This document shows positions 49,271 to 59,857 of a DNA stretch of 64,000 nucleotides, in pieces. The stretch is taken from NCBI GenBank assembly GCA_965242965.1, contig OZ251518.1, positions 5,536,001-5,600,000 on the forward strand, read 5' to 3'. Every line of letters begins with the position of its first letter. The first letter of the stretch is position 1. Made by a program: the position numbers and the translations under genes. This stretch comes from Candidatus Poribacteria bacterium. Its GTDB lineage: Bacteria > Poribacteria > WGA-4E > WGA-3G. The notes below the pieces were generated by a model. The model saw only the letters and a program-made list of their open reading frames with translations. It was not told the origin of the DNA and did not search any database.

Positions 49271-49281
49271 GAGGAATTGAT

Positions 49282-50106
49282 ATGGAAATTACCGTTCAAC
49301 CCGAAGAATTAGCCGCCGGTAAACTCACGGAGGCACACGTCAAGCAAGCCGTTGAAGCCATCCGCGTTGATGGATATGTCGTTTTAGAGAACGTGGTCGA
49401 TCATGGGCATCTGGACATTCTGCGCGAACGAATGGATGCCGACGCGCAGGTTTTAATCAATGCAGAAAAATGGGGCGGCGCGGGGAGACTCGCAGGACAC
49501 CTCCAGCAAGGACCGCCTCCGTTCGCGCCCTATATTTTCAGGGACATCGTCGCGAACCCGTGGATTGTGCAAGTGACACATGCACTGCTCGGGGACGGGC
49601 TCTACAACAATTTTTACAACGGCAACACGAATTGTCCGGGGAGCACCACGCAACCCCTGCATAGAGATGGAAATCATCTCTGGCCCGAACGAGAAGTAGC
49701 GCATCCGACAACGGAGGTGGTGGTAAACATCTCGCCGCAAGATACGATGGAGGAAAACGGCAGCGTGGAGTTGTGGCCCGGTTCGCATCTGGATGTTAGC
49801 GGTAAGCGGATAGAGCCTGCGCATGAAGCTGCACGCCGCGAGGTTGCGCCGCCTATCCGTGGCAATGCGAAGAAGGGGAGCGCGCTGATTCGGGACATAC
49901 GTCTTTGGCATCGCGGTGTCCCCAACTTGTCCGATGAACCGCGCCACATGATTGCGATGATTCACCGCGTCCGCTGGCTCCGTTCTAACCGCCGCCTGAA
50001 ATATCGGACTGGATGCGAAGCCGCCTTTGAAAACAGCGATTTAGATGCAAACGCCGAGTTTGTGGACAGAACATTGGACGATTATCTCTTCAACCCGAAG
50101 TTTTAG
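49282..50106 (+). CDS. Phytanoyl-CoA dioxygenase (PhyH) family protein
   Basis: DGYVVLENV, QPLHRD, ENGSVELWPGSH, RLWHRG. Confidence 0.9.
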   Translation: MEITVQPEELAAGKLTEAHVKQAVEAIRVDGYVVLENVVDHGHLDILRERMDADAQVLINAEKWGGAGRLAGHLQQGPPPFAPYIFRDIVANPWIVQVTHALLGDGLYNNFYNGNTNCPGSTTQPLHRDGNHLWPEREVAHPTTEVVVNISPQDTMEENGSVELWPGSHLDVSGKRIEPAHEAARREVAPPIRGNAKKGSALIRDIRLWHRGVPNLSDEPRHMIAMIHRVRWLRSNRRLKYRTGCEAAFENSDLDANAEFVDRTLDDYLFNPKF

Positions 50107-50121
50107 AGGGATAAACTTGTC

Positions 50122-50970
50122 ATGGATACGATTATGCATACTGAAACCAATTGGATACCTGCTGAACCAGATCTTGCCGCGGTCTGCCGTAACTACCGCA
50201 ATCCTATTCACGCGCTCTCGCAGGCGGAGATGCCGGCGATTATCTTGCGGAACGCCTATTCGCCGGCGCAGTGCCAAGGGCTCATCGAGCGGTTTACCAA
50301 CATGGGGTTAATGCGCGATGAAGCGGAGAGCAACTCCGCCGACAAGCGCACCCGCATCGACATCGGCACGAGTCTCGGAAATCGGGGTAGCGATAAACAG
50401 CGTTTCTTGGCGCACGCCGAAGAGACGCAGCACCTCTTCAATTTCCTATTTGATGGATTCGATAATCCGGTCTCTCTCATTTACGAGTCGCTTTCGGCAC
50501 TTGCGCCCGGGAAAGCGGTGAAAGTTGCGCGTGAACCCGATGGCGCGCTTTACGGGCCCGCCATTTTCCGGGTGCATTATGAAACGCATAGTTACAAGCC
50601 GCACATCGATCATGTCAAATACCGCGAGCAGCGGACGGACTACGCCGTTTATCGGTTTGAGCATCAGTTTGCGGGTGTGCTGTGCGTTCAGAACGCCGAT
50701 GAGCGAGGCAAAGGCACACAGGCGATTCTGCATCGGTGCCTCTGGTCTGACGAAATCCAGCCGCATATCGCCGAGGAGACTTTTGACAGATACGCCGCTG
50801 AAAACGGCATAGAAAACTGTCAAGTCGATTTAGCGCAGGGCGATCTTTACTTTTTCAACACACGGTGCATCCACGAGGTGCCGCCTGTTGCGGGCAATCG
50901 CGCCCGGATTGTCTTGGCGGTTTTCATCGGCTATTCGCCTGCTGATGACGAAGTGTTCGTCTGGTCTTGA
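50122..50970 (+). CDS. Putative 2OG-Fe(II) oxygenase
   Basis: PHID, GDLYFFN...IHEV, RIV facial-triad pattern. Confidence 0.65.
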   Translation: MDTIMHTETNWIPAEPDLAAVCRNYRNPIHALSQAEMPAIILRNAYSPAQCQGLIERFTNMGLMRDEAESNSADKRTRIDIGTSLGNRGSDKQRFLAHAEETQHLFNFLFDGFDNPVSLIYESLSALAPGKAVKVAREPDGALYGPAIFRVHYETHSYKPHIDHVKYREQRTDYAVYRFEHQFAGVLCVQNADERGKGTQAILHRCLWSDEIQPHIAEETFDRYAAENGIENCQVDLAQGDLYFFNTRCIHEVPPVAGNRARIVLAVFIGYSPADDEVFVWS

Positions 50971-51009
50971 GTTTTCCTCGCCTGAACCCGTTCTGCCTCC
51001 CGTTTTAAC

Positions 51010-51300
51010 CCGTAGGGCGAGGGCCTGTCCCTCGCCATGCAAATTGCTCCCTTCATTCGTAGGGCGAGGGCCTGTCCCTCGCCATGCCTCGGCCGGAACG
51101 GAAAACGGCCTTGGTCGGCGTGCATTTTTCGCGTAGATCGAACGATCGCGGGGGAAACCCGCTCGGATGCGCGTGTGGCATCCGAGGGCCCCCGCGCTAC
51201 GATAAAAAACGCCACTCCCTCACCGTAGGGCGAGGGACAGGCCCTCGCCATGCTCTCCGCTGTCCCTCACCGTAGGGCGAGGGCCTGTCCCTCGCCATGC
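51010..51300. repeat. REP cluster (family A)
   Basis: CGTAGGGCGAGGGCCTGTCCCTCGCCATG repeats. Confidence 0.87.
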
Positions 51301-51503
51301 TCCTCCCTCGCGCGAACTGTTCACATTCTGGACAACCCCCTTCCAACTTTTCACACACCGCACCCTTTAAGGCACGCTATATTGCCCCATATCGTGCATT
51401 ATCACGTGAGTTATGTCCATTTGTGTGCAGTTTTTTCGCAAATTCGCGTTATTTTAATTGGCATCATATTTGCTAATGATGCAGTAGTTAGGAGGACAAA
51501 ATC

Positions 51504-53567
51504 ATGAAAACGGGACACTTTTTGCTTTTGTCGTTACTTATCGCTGCAGCTTTCCTTTGCGCTGATGCCTTCGCGCAGGATTCTCCGCAATGGCATTTAC
51601 CGGAAGGAGCTCGGATGCGCCTTGGGAAAGGTTGGATAAGGGCCCTCGCGTATTCCCCTGATGGAAACCGCCTTGCAGTAGCCAGCTCCATCGGGATTTG
51701 GTTTTACGATGCACATACCTACGAAGAGCTCGCGTTGCTCACGGGGCATCCGGAGGGTGTCACCAGTCTCACCTTCAGTCCCGATGGCAGCATGATTGCT
51801 ACCGGCGGGGGAGACGGAACAGTCCGGCTGTGGGATGCTGAAAGTCATCAACTTCACGCGTCCTTCCCGGTAGGGGGCGGCTCCGTTTCTACTATCGCCT
51901 TTAGTCCGGACGGTAGCACGCTTGCTTGTGAGAATTGGGATGAGGTGATTTTATGGGATGTTTCCAGCGGCCAACAGAAAACGCCTCTCACCCCTGAGAA
52001 TGAAGATGATCGGCTTACCTCGATTTCCTTTAGTCTGGATGGTAGCACGCTTGCCGCCGGGTCTCAACAGAACGTGTTGATCTGGGAACTTGCCACAGGC
52101 GAAAGGATAGCAACGCTCGCTTTCCATGATAACAACGAGCGACAGGAAAACACTGTCTGGGAGGTTCGCTACAGTCCCGACGGGAGGACACTCGCTGCTG
52201 GGAGTTCGGAGAAAATAGTGCTGTGGGATGTTGTGACAGAACAACCGAGGGAAACCCTCTCCGTTGATGGAGAGGGTGCTTATGTCCTTGCTTTCAATCC
52301 TGATGGAAGCATGTTGATAAGTGGGCGATGGAGCAATTTGCATCTGTGGGATACCGCGACAGGCGAGCATCAAGCCGCGCTGACAGCGCATCTAGGGAAT
52401 CTGCGTAGCATTACCTTCAGTCCTGACGGTAGCACTATCGCAAGCGGTGGCGGTGCAGAGTTGCATTTGTGGGATCCCGTCAGCGGTGCGCGCAAAGCCG
52501 CTCTTACAGGACATACGAGCACCATCTATCAACTCGCGATGAGTCCGGATGGACGCACCCTGGCTTCGGCAGGCGGAAGGGACGAGTTGATACTTTGGGA
52601 CGCAGCCAACGGTGCGCGCAAAGCGCGTCTCGCTGGGCATGATGAGTGGGTTTACTGTGTCGCCTTCAGTCCGGACGGTAACACGCTTGCAAGTTTCAGT
52701 TGGGACATCTACTTTTGGGATGTTGCTACTCGGCATCTCAAAACTATCTCCAGAGGTTGGACAGGGACTTCTTTTTCCTCTTCGGGCGGCGGTTATGCTC
52801 TCGCTTACAGTCCCGATGGCAGTCTTCTTGCCAGTACCATTGGAGATAGTGCGGTGCGGCTGTGGTATGCCGGCCGCACCTACAAAACGAAGTTGCCTCA
52901 CAGAAATGTATCTGCAATCGCTTTCAGTCCGAACAGCAGGACGCTTGCCAGTGGTGGGCGCGATAATACGGTGCGCTTGTGGCATGTTGCCACGGGCGAG
53001 CAGCAAGCTGAGTGGACTGGGCATACGGGCGGCGTTAGTGCCCTGGTCTTTAGTCCTGACGGTAGGACACTCGTTAGCGGCGGGGGTTGGAAGGACAACA
53101 CGGTGCGGTTATGGAACGCTGTCACAGGCGAGCCGAAAGCCACATTCGTTGGGCATACAGGCAGTGTCAATAGCCTTGTTTTTAGTGCGGATGGCCGCAC
53201 CCTCGCAAGTGCTGGCGGTTGGGAAGACAGGACGGTGCGGTTATGGGACGTTGCCACTGGCGAACTCAAAACCGTTCTCAGGGGACATACAGGTGGTGTC
53301 AATAGTCTTGTCTTCAGTGCGGATGGCGGCACCCTCATCAGCGGGAGTTCCGACAGCACAATTCTCTACTGGAATGTGGCATTAACACCGCCATATCTCG
53401 CGGCCGATGTGAATCGTGATGGTATTGTTACGCGCGCGGATATGGATTTTGTCGCGGCGCGGTTTGGACAAACTGGCTCCAACGAAGCAGATGTCAATGG
53501 TGATGGCGTTGTCAACATTCTAGATATTGTCGTGGTATCAAGGGCTCTCAGCGCGCCGAGGGAATAA
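51504..53567 (+). CDS. Secreted WD40-repeat protein with C-terminal dockerin-like domain
   Basis: Signal peptide, about 14 GH...FSPDG...LWD repeats, ADVNRDG and ADVNGDGVVNILD. Confidence 0.9.
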   Translation: MKTGHFLLLSLLIAAAFLCADAFAQDSPQWHLPEGARMRLGKGWIRALAYSPDGNRLAVASSIGIWFYDAHTYEELALLTGHPEGVTSLTFSPDGSMIATGGGDGTVRLWDAESHQLHASFPVGGGSVSTIAFSPDGSTLACENWDEVILWDVSSGQQKTPLTPENEDDRLTSISFSLDGSTLAAGSQQNVLIWELATGERIATLAFHDNNERQENTVWEVRYSPDGRTLAAGSSEKIVLWDVVTEQPRETLSVDGEGAYVLAFNPDGSMLISGRWSNLHLWDTATGEHQAALTAHLGNLRSITFSPDGSTIASGGGAELHLWDPVSGARKAALTGHTSTIYQLAMSPDGRTLASAGGRDELILWDAANGARKARLAGHDEWVYCVAFSPDGNTLASFSWDIYFWDVATRHLKTISRGWTGTSFSSSGGGYALAYSPDGSLLASTIGDSAVRLWYAGRTYKTKLPHRNVSAIAFSPNSRTLASGGRDNTVRLWHVATGEQQAEWTGHTGGVSALVFSPDGRTLVSGGGWKDNTVRLWNAVTGEPKATFVGHTGSVNSLVFSADGRTLASAGGWEDRTVRLWDVATGELKTVLRGHTGGVNSLVFSADGGTLISGSSDSTILYWNVALTPPYLAADVNRDGIVTRADMDFVAARFGQTGSNEADVNGDGVVNILDIVVVSRALSAPRE

Positions 53568-53584
53568 ATTGCGGGTGGTTCATA

Positions 53585-54120
53585 CCTGAAGAGACCAGGA
53601 GACGTTTTTTCCCTAGCGCGAGTGATGGCGAGGGGAACCCGCTCGGATGCGCGTGTGGCATCCGAGGGCCCTCGCCCTACGGTGAAAGGGAAACGGCCTT
53701 GCCTACCGTAGCGCGGGGGCCTGTCCCCCGCGTTGGCCAGCGTCAAGCGGTGGCGTTTTAGGTCCTTTAGGTCCTTAATGTCTATAGAAAAACGTGTCGT
53801 TCTGTTTTCAAGGTCCTTTAGGTCCTTAATGAAAAACACGCGGACTTGGCAAAAACTATTAAGGACCTAAAGGACCTTAGAGTTTTTCGCGTCGTTGAGT
53901 GCTATAGACATTCAGGTCCTACGGACCTGAAGAGAACAAGAGACGTTTTTTCCGTAGCGCGAGGCATGGCGAGGGACAGGCCCTCGCCCTACGGTAACGC
54001 ACGCCGTTTTTTTCGTAGCGCGGGGCCCCTCGGATGCCATACGCGCATCCGAGCGGGTTTCCCCCGCGATCGTTGGAGTGCGCGGACGATATCGAGACCA
54101 GGAGGACTCTCCTACCGGGA
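53585..54120. repeat. Composite REP cluster (A, nested-A, D, B) with overall inverted symmetry
   Basis: Family D at about 53757-53930; CCTGAAGAGA(C/A)CA(G/A)GAGACGTTTTTTCC at 53585 and 53925. Confidence 0.85.
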
Positions 54121-54174
54121 AGACATTGATATATGAAACTCTCAATAAATTTCAAACACGCGGAGGACGAACCT

Positions 54175-56376
54175 GTGAAAATTTTGCAAGTCTTCATCAT
54201 CAGTCTACTGAGCGTCTCATCCCTTTTTGCAGAGGATGTCACGCGGTGGCATTTACCGGAAGGTGCCACGTTTCGCATTGGGAGAGGCTGGATAAGCGAT
54301 AACGTCGCTTTCTCACCCGATGGCACTCGGCTTGCTGTTCCTACCGGTATCGGTATGTGGATATACGATGCGCGCACGCTTGAACCACTGAACCTGTTTC
54401 CCGGCGTGCATCACGGGAGTGCCTTCAGCCCGGATGGGAAAACGCTCGTCAGCGCAACGGAAGAAGATACGCTGCGGGTGTTTGATAGTTTCACCGGGCA
54501 ACAAAAATTGGCACTTGGAGGACAGACACACTGGCTCCGAAGTTTTGTCTTCAGTCCGGATGGGCAAACCCTCATCAATGGTGGGTATGACGACACGGTG
54601 CAGGTGTGGGATGCTGTTACCGGACAACATCAGGCGACGTTCGTAGGGCACACCGATAGTGTCTCGGCTCTCGCCTTCAGTCCGGATGGCAGCACGTTTG
54701 CGAGTAATGGATGGGAGGACAACACCGTCCGCCTGCGGGATGCTGTCACGGGGCACGTTATCTTAAGACTCACTGGCCACACCGAGAACGTCAATGCCGT
54801 TGCCTACAGCAGTGATGGGCGAACGCTTGCAAGTGGCGGATTTGGCTTTGGCGGCAAGGTGCGGCTTTGGGATACCGCTACCGGTGAGCAGCTCGCCGTT
54901 TTCATTGGGCATACGCGCAGCGTTGCCGCACTCGCCTTCAGTAACGATGCGCGCACCCTTGCGAGTGCCAGTTGGGATGGCACCGTCTGCCTGTGGGATG
55001 TGCCTTCCCGCAGTTACAGAGCCACCCTTGAGCATTCGCACGGCGTTATGAGCATCGCCTTCAACGCGGATGGGCGCACTTTGGTTAGCGTGCCTTGGGC
55101 AGGCACCCTACATCTGTGGGATACCGTTACCGGACAAGAGAAGGCAATCCTTGAAGCCCACGCGCTCAATGGCGCGCGGGTTGCCTTCAGTTCCGACTGG
55201 CAAACCGTTGCAAGTGGGGATGATGACAGAAAAATCCGATTGTGGGATATGCGCACTGGCGAACTAAAAACCACCTTCCCCGGCCACGCCAGTTCCATTG
55301 TATCCATCGCTTTCAGTCCAGATGGGCTGACGGTTGCCAGCGGCGGTGGCGGGCTCGGTGACAACACGGTGCGGTTGTGGGACGCGGAAACCGGGCACCT
55401 CCAAACTGTCCTCACGGGCCACACGCGCGCGGTGTCAAATCTTGCCTTCAGTCCCGACAGCAAAACACTCGCTAGCGCGAGTCCCCTCAAAATATGCCTG
55501 TGGGACGTGATAAGTGGACACCACAAACGCACGTTCCTTGTGGAAAGGGGCTGGCGGATTTTCAGGTGTCTTGCCTTCAGTCCTGATGGCAAGACGCTCG
55601 CTGGGACAGATACAGGCGACGTACTCCTGTGGGATGCTGACACCGGACAGCTCAAAGCCACTCTCACCGGGCATGCATCGGACCGCGGGGTTAGCAGCAT
55701 CGCCTTCAGTCCAAACGGCGAAACTCTTGCTAGTGTAAGTCTGGACGAGGTGTTCCTATGGGACACTCGCACCGGGATGCGCAAGGCAGTCCTCAGTGAG
55801 CAGACAGAAATCTCAAGTCTCGCCTTCGGGCCGCGTGGCCGCATTATCGCCAGCGGAAATATCAAAGGGACAGTGCTTTTATGGGATACACAGACAGGCG
55901 CGCCCATCGGTTCATTCACCGGGCACGCCGAGTCTGTGAGTGCCCTCAAATTTCGTTCTGATGGACAATCTCTCGCCAGCGCGGGTTCTGGAGGCACTGT
56001 GCTATTGTGGGATGTATCCTCTCACTTGCAAGAATTGCGCGCAACTATTCCAGCACCGACACAGATTGATATTGCGCGAATTCACGAGACTGCCTTGTTG
56101 CCAAATTACCCCAATCCGTTCAACCCGGAGACGTGGATACCGTATCAGTTGGCAAAACCTGCAGCAGTGACGGTGCGCATCTATGCCGCGAGCGGACAAC
56201 GCATCCGCACGTTGGCACTCGGCTATCAACAGGCAGGGAGTTATCGTCAGCGTCACCGTGCGGCGTATTGGGATGGGAAGAATGCGCGCGGTGAATCGGT
56301 AGCGAGCGGCGTGTATTTTTATACGTTGTCTGCCGGCGGGTTCACCGCCACGCGGAAGATGTTGATTCGGAAATAA
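54175..56376 (+). CDS. Secreted WD40-repeat protein with FlgD-Ig/T9SS-type C-terminal domain
   Basis: GGAGG RBS and GTG 54175; WD40 repeats; ETALLPNYPNPFNPETWIPYQL...WDGKN..GE.VASGVYFY. Confidence 0.9.
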   Translation: MKILQVFIISLLSVSSLFAEDVTRWHLPEGATFRIGRGWISDNVAFSPDGTRLAVPTGIGMWIYDARTLEPLNLFPGVHHGSAFSPDGKTLVSATEEDTLRVFDSFTGQQKLALGGQTHWLRSFVFSPDGQTLINGGYDDTVQVWDAVTGQHQATFVGHTDSVSALAFSPDGSTFASNGWEDNTVRLRDAVTGHVILRLTGHTENVNAVAYSSDGRTLASGGFGFGGKVRLWDTATGEQLAVFIGHTRSVAALAFSNDARTLASASWDGTVCLWDVPSRSYRATLEHSHGVMSIAFNADGRTLVSVPWAGTLHLWDTVTGQEKAILEAHALNGARVAFSSDWQTVASGDDDRKIRLWDMRTGELKTTFPGHASSIVSIAFSPDGLTVASGGGGLGDNTVRLWDAETGHLQTVLTGHTRAVSNLAFSPDSKTLASASPLKICLWDVISGHHKRTFLVERGWRIFRCLAFSPDGKTLAGTDTGDVLLWDADTGQLKATLTGHASDRGVSSIAFSPNGETLASVSLDEVFLWDTRTGMRKAVLSEQTEISSLAFGPRGRIIASGNIKGTVLLWDTQTGAPIGSFTGHAESVSALKFRSDGQSLASAGSGGTVLLWDVSSHLQELRATIPAPTQIDIARIHETALLPNYPNPFNPETWIPYQLAKPAAVTVRIYAASGQRIRTLALGYQQAGSYRQRHRAAYWDGKNARGESVASGVYFYTLSAGGFTATRKMLIRK

Positions 56377-56417
56377 CGCCTTGCCTACCGTCGCGCGGAA
56401 AGGGGTCGGCTTTGCCC

Positions 56418-56585
56418 ACCGTAGCGCGGGGGCCTGTCCCCCGCGATCGCCCGCGTGCTCCAGAGACTGTAGTTCGGGATCGCCTGATCCCGAACGGGTC
56501 AAGAGCACGGCCGCCTCACCTACCGTAGCGCGGGGGCCTGTCCCCCGCGATCGTTGCTTGGCAAGGGCCAGGCCCTCACCCTACG
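56418..56585. repeat. REP cluster (A, C)
   Basis: GTAG palindromes between convergent genes. Confidence 0.85.
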
Positions 56586-57297
56586 AACTCGGGACGTTTT
56601 TCTGCAACGCCGCCGCCAATCCCGCAAAATCGCTCACCGTCACATCCGGCTGATAAGGCGTATCTTCATACGGCAATTCGTAGCGATTGACGAACGCACC
56701 GCGATATCCACACGCCCGCGCGCCCATGATGTCAAACGAATTCGCTGATACCATGAGGCACTCGTTGACTTCAAGTCTCAATGTTCTCGCTGCGCCACGG
56801 TAGACTGCCGGATGCGGTTTGAACGCGCCGAAGGATGTCACCGAAATCACATCGTCAAAGTCCCACTTGACGCGTTCGGTGACAAGGTAGTCTAAAAAAC
56901 TCGGGTCGCCGTTGGAAAGCACCACGAGTTGATAATCAGTTTGCAGGCGTTCCAATGCCGACAGCACCTCTGGAAATGGAGAGAGGGATTGCCATCCTAC
57001 CATAAATGCTTCCACTGTATTAGGAGTTGCCGCAATGCCGTTGCGGCGCAGAGTGTAGTGCAGGGCGCGGCGCACCGTTTCCAGGTAGCCGCTATGTCCG
57101 AGCATCGTTATCGTATCTTGATATTGTTCGATGCGTTGTCGGTATCGCCACTGCTCCCAGAAACTCGCCGCTGATATGTCAACAGCGCGTTCTTCCAGCG
57201 ATTCGGCGATGAAGGGAGTGAGACTGCCCCCGAGGTCTAGAATTGTGCCGAACAGGTCAAAAGTCAGTGCTTTAATGCGAGAAAACTCTGTCATCAT
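56581..57297 (-). CDS. Haloacid dehalogenase type II
   Basis: FDLFGTI, LSNG, FKPHP.VY, VSANSFDIMGA. Confidence 0.88.
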   Translation of the reverse strand: MMTEFSRIKALTFDLFGTILDLGGSLTPFIAESLEERAVDISAASFWEQWRYRQRIEQYQDTITMLGHSGYLETVRRALHYTLRRNGIAATPNTVEAFMVGWQSLSPFPEVLSALERLQTDYQLVVLSNGDPSFLDYLVTERVKWDFDDVISVTSFGAFKPHPAVYRGAARTLRLEVNECLMVSANSFDIMGARACGYRGAFVNRYELPYEDTPYQPDVTVSDFAGLAAALQKNVPSS

Positions 57298-57392
57298 TTT
57301 TCCTTTTTCGCGGATAAAATTCATAGCGTGTGCGTATTATACTGGTATTTGGGATTAATTGCAAGCGTGTTCCAAGTGCGGCCTTCCCGCGG

Positions 57393-57730
57393 TCCGTAGG
57401 GCGAGGGCCTGTCCCTCGCCGTGCCAAGCAGGAGCAGGATTTACAAGATTTCCAAGATTAGGAGCAGGATTTACAAGATTTCCAAGATTAGCAAGATGAG
57501 TCCGTAGCGCGGGGGCCTGTCCCCCGCGATCGCTCGCGTAACCCAGAGATCGTCGTTCGGGATCGCCTGATCCCGAACGGCGTATGGCGAGGAGAACCCT
57601 TTCATGGCCCGTAGCGCGGGGGCCTGTCCCCCGCGATCGCCCGACCCGCGCGAAAAACGCACACCAGCCAAGGCCGTTTTTCGTCCAGATCGAGGCATGG
57701 CGAGGGACAGGCCCTCGCCCTACGGTAAGC
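57393..57730. repeat. REP cluster (A, C, E)
   Basis: AGGAGCAGGATTTACAAGATTTCCAAGATT x2 plus family A and C palindromes. Confidence 0.85.
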
Positions 57731-57763
57731 TGCACGTTTTTTCACGGTGAAACGGCACGTTTC

Positions 57764-58756
57764 CTACTCATCAAGCCAACTCATCATGCTACGGAGATTT
57801 TTGCCGACTTCTTCGATCTGATGTTCCGTTTCTTGCCGACGAAGCGCGCCGAGGACAGGCTGATTCGCTTGATTTTCTAGCACCCACTCCCGCGCGAAAA
57901 TGCCGCCCTGCACATCCGCTAAGATTTGACGCATCCGGTCGCGGACACTATCGTCAATGAGCACCGGACCGCGCGTCAGATCCCCGTATTCCGCGGTGTT
58001 GCTGACATCGTTGCGCATTTTGCTCAAACCACCCGTGTAAATTAGATCGACGATGAGTTTTAACTCGTGGAGGCACTCAAAATATGCCATCTCCGGTTGA
58101 TAACCGGCTTCAACGAGGGTATCAAAGGCGGCTTTGATGAGTGCAGCGGTGCCGCCGCACAAGACTGCCTGCTCGCCGAAGAGATCTGTCTCGGTCTCCT
58201 CACGGAAGGTTGTTTCGATGACACCGGCGCGGGTGCCGCCGATGCCTCTGGCATAAGCGAGCGCGACATCGCGCGCCATGCCACTGGTGTCCTGATGAAT
58301 AGCGATGAGACACGGCACACCACCACCGCCTTCAAATACCTCACGGACAAGAGAACCAGGTCCCTTCGGCGCAATCATCGCCACATCAATATCGGCGGCG
58401 GGGACGATCTGCCCGAAATGGACGCTGAACCCGTGCGATACCAGCAGCATGTTGCCAGCCTGCATATTCGGCGCGATTTGCTCGCGGTAAACGGCGGAGT
58501 GCAGTTCGTCGGGGATAAGCACCTGCACGACATCCGCCATCGCCGATGCTTCCTCGACGGTTTTGACGGTGAGTCCTTCGGCTTCGGCGCGCGCTTTGGA
58601 GCGGCTGCCTTCGTATAAGCCGACAATGACGTTCGCACCGCTGTCTTTGAGGTTAAGCGATTGCGCCCTGCCCTGCGCACCATAGCCGATGACTGCGACG
58701 GTGCGCTGTTTCAGCAAATCGAAATTCGCATCGCTATCGTAGTAAATTGTTGCCAT
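57764..58756 (-). CDS. ilvC: Ketol-acid reductoisomerase
   Basis: [31 protein letters not shown]. Confidence 0.96.
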   Translation of the reverse strand: MATIYYDSDANFDLLKQRTVAVIGYGAQGRAQSLNLKDSGANVIVGLYEGSRSKARAEAEGLTVKTVEEASAMADVVQVLIPDELHSAVYREQIAPNMQAGNMLLVSHGFSVHFGQIVPAADIDVAMIAPKGPGSLVREVFEGGGGVPCLIAIHQDTSGMARDVALAYARGIGGTRAGVIETTFREETETDLFGEQAVLCGGTAALIKAAFDTLVEAGYQPEMAYFECLHELKLIVDLIYTGGLSKMRNDVSNTAEYGDLTRGPVLIDDSVRDRMRQILADVQGGIFAREWVLENQANQPVLGALRRQETEHQIEEVGKNLRSMMSWLDE

Positions 58757-58828
58757 TTTTTGTTGTTCCTCCTACATTTGTCTGAAGCAGGATTGACTGG
58801 ATTTCCAATTAATCCTGTGATTCCTGAT

Positions 58829-59332
58829 TCAGCCGCTCGCCCCGCGCAGCATAGCGATTTTGCCAGTGCGGGCCAATTCAAGAATGCCGTAGGTGTCAAG
58901 AACCTCAAGTGCCGCGTTCAGTTTCCCCTCATCGCCGGTGATTTCCAGCGTGAGTGAGGCGGGTTTCACGTCAACGACGCGCGCGCGGAAGATTTCTGCG
59001 ACTTGTAGAATATCGGCACGTTCATGAGGTTGCGCGCTGAGCTTGATGAGAACGAGTTCGCGCTCAACATGCGTACCGGTGGAGAGGTCTGTCACCTCGA
59101 TTACGTCTATCAGCCGGTTGAGATGCTGGTAGATCTGCTCAATAATTTGCGCGTCGCCGTGTGTGACAAGCGTCATCTGTGAGATGCTTTCGTCGTGCGT
59201 TTCGGCGACGTTGAGGCTGTCAATATTGAAGCCTCGCCCGCTGAAAAGCCCTGCGACGCGGGCGAGGACTCCGAATCGGTTTTCGACTAAAACCGAAAAA
59301 ATGTGTCGTTCATCTGAGTTGATGTTTTCCAT
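58829..59332 (-). CDS. ilvN: Acetolactate synthase small subunit
   Basis: VENRFGVLARVAGLFSGRGFNIDSL, ERELVLIK, ARTG. Confidence 0.95.
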   Translation of the reverse strand: MENINSDERHIFSVLVENRFGVLARVAGLFSGRGFNIDSLNVAETHDESISQMTLVTHGDAQIIEQIYQHLNRLIDVIEVTDLSTGTHVERELVLIKLSAQPHERADILQVAEIFRARVVDVKPASLTLEITGDEGKLNAALEVLDTYGILELARTGKIAMLRGASG

Positions 59333-59351
59333 TTTTTAAATATTGTTTTTA

Positions 59352-59832
59352 ATCGTAGGGCTTGGGCCCTCGCGTGCCACACGCGCATGCGAGCGGGTTT
59401 CCCTCGCCATGCAACGATCGCGGGGGACAGGCCCCCGCGCTACGGTGAAAAAAACATGCCGATTACCGTAGGGCGAGGGCCTGTCCCTCGCCATGCTGCG
59501 ATCGCGGGGGACAGGCCCCCGCGCTACGGGCCCACGAAAATTGTTTCTAACCGAAGGGCGAGGGCCTGTCCCTCGCCGTGCTATCGGACACGCGTGCGCA
59601 TCCCCTCTGTAGGGCAAGAGCACCTGATCTTGATCCGTTCGGGAGCAGGTGCTCCCGAACTACAGACTCTGGAGCACGCGGACAATCGCGAGGGACAGGC
59701 CCACGAAAATTGTTTTTAATCGTAGGGCGAGGGCCTGTCCCTCGCCCTACGGGCCAATAAGAATTGTTTCTAACAGCGATCGCGGGGGACAGGCCCCCGC
59801 GCTACGGGCCGACGGGGTCCCGCGCTACGAGC
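59352..59832. repeat. REP cluster inside the ilv operon
   Basis: About 9 GTAG palindromes between ilvB and ilvN. Confidence 0.87.
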
Positions 59833-59857
59833 CAAAAGGTTATTGCATCACCATAAC

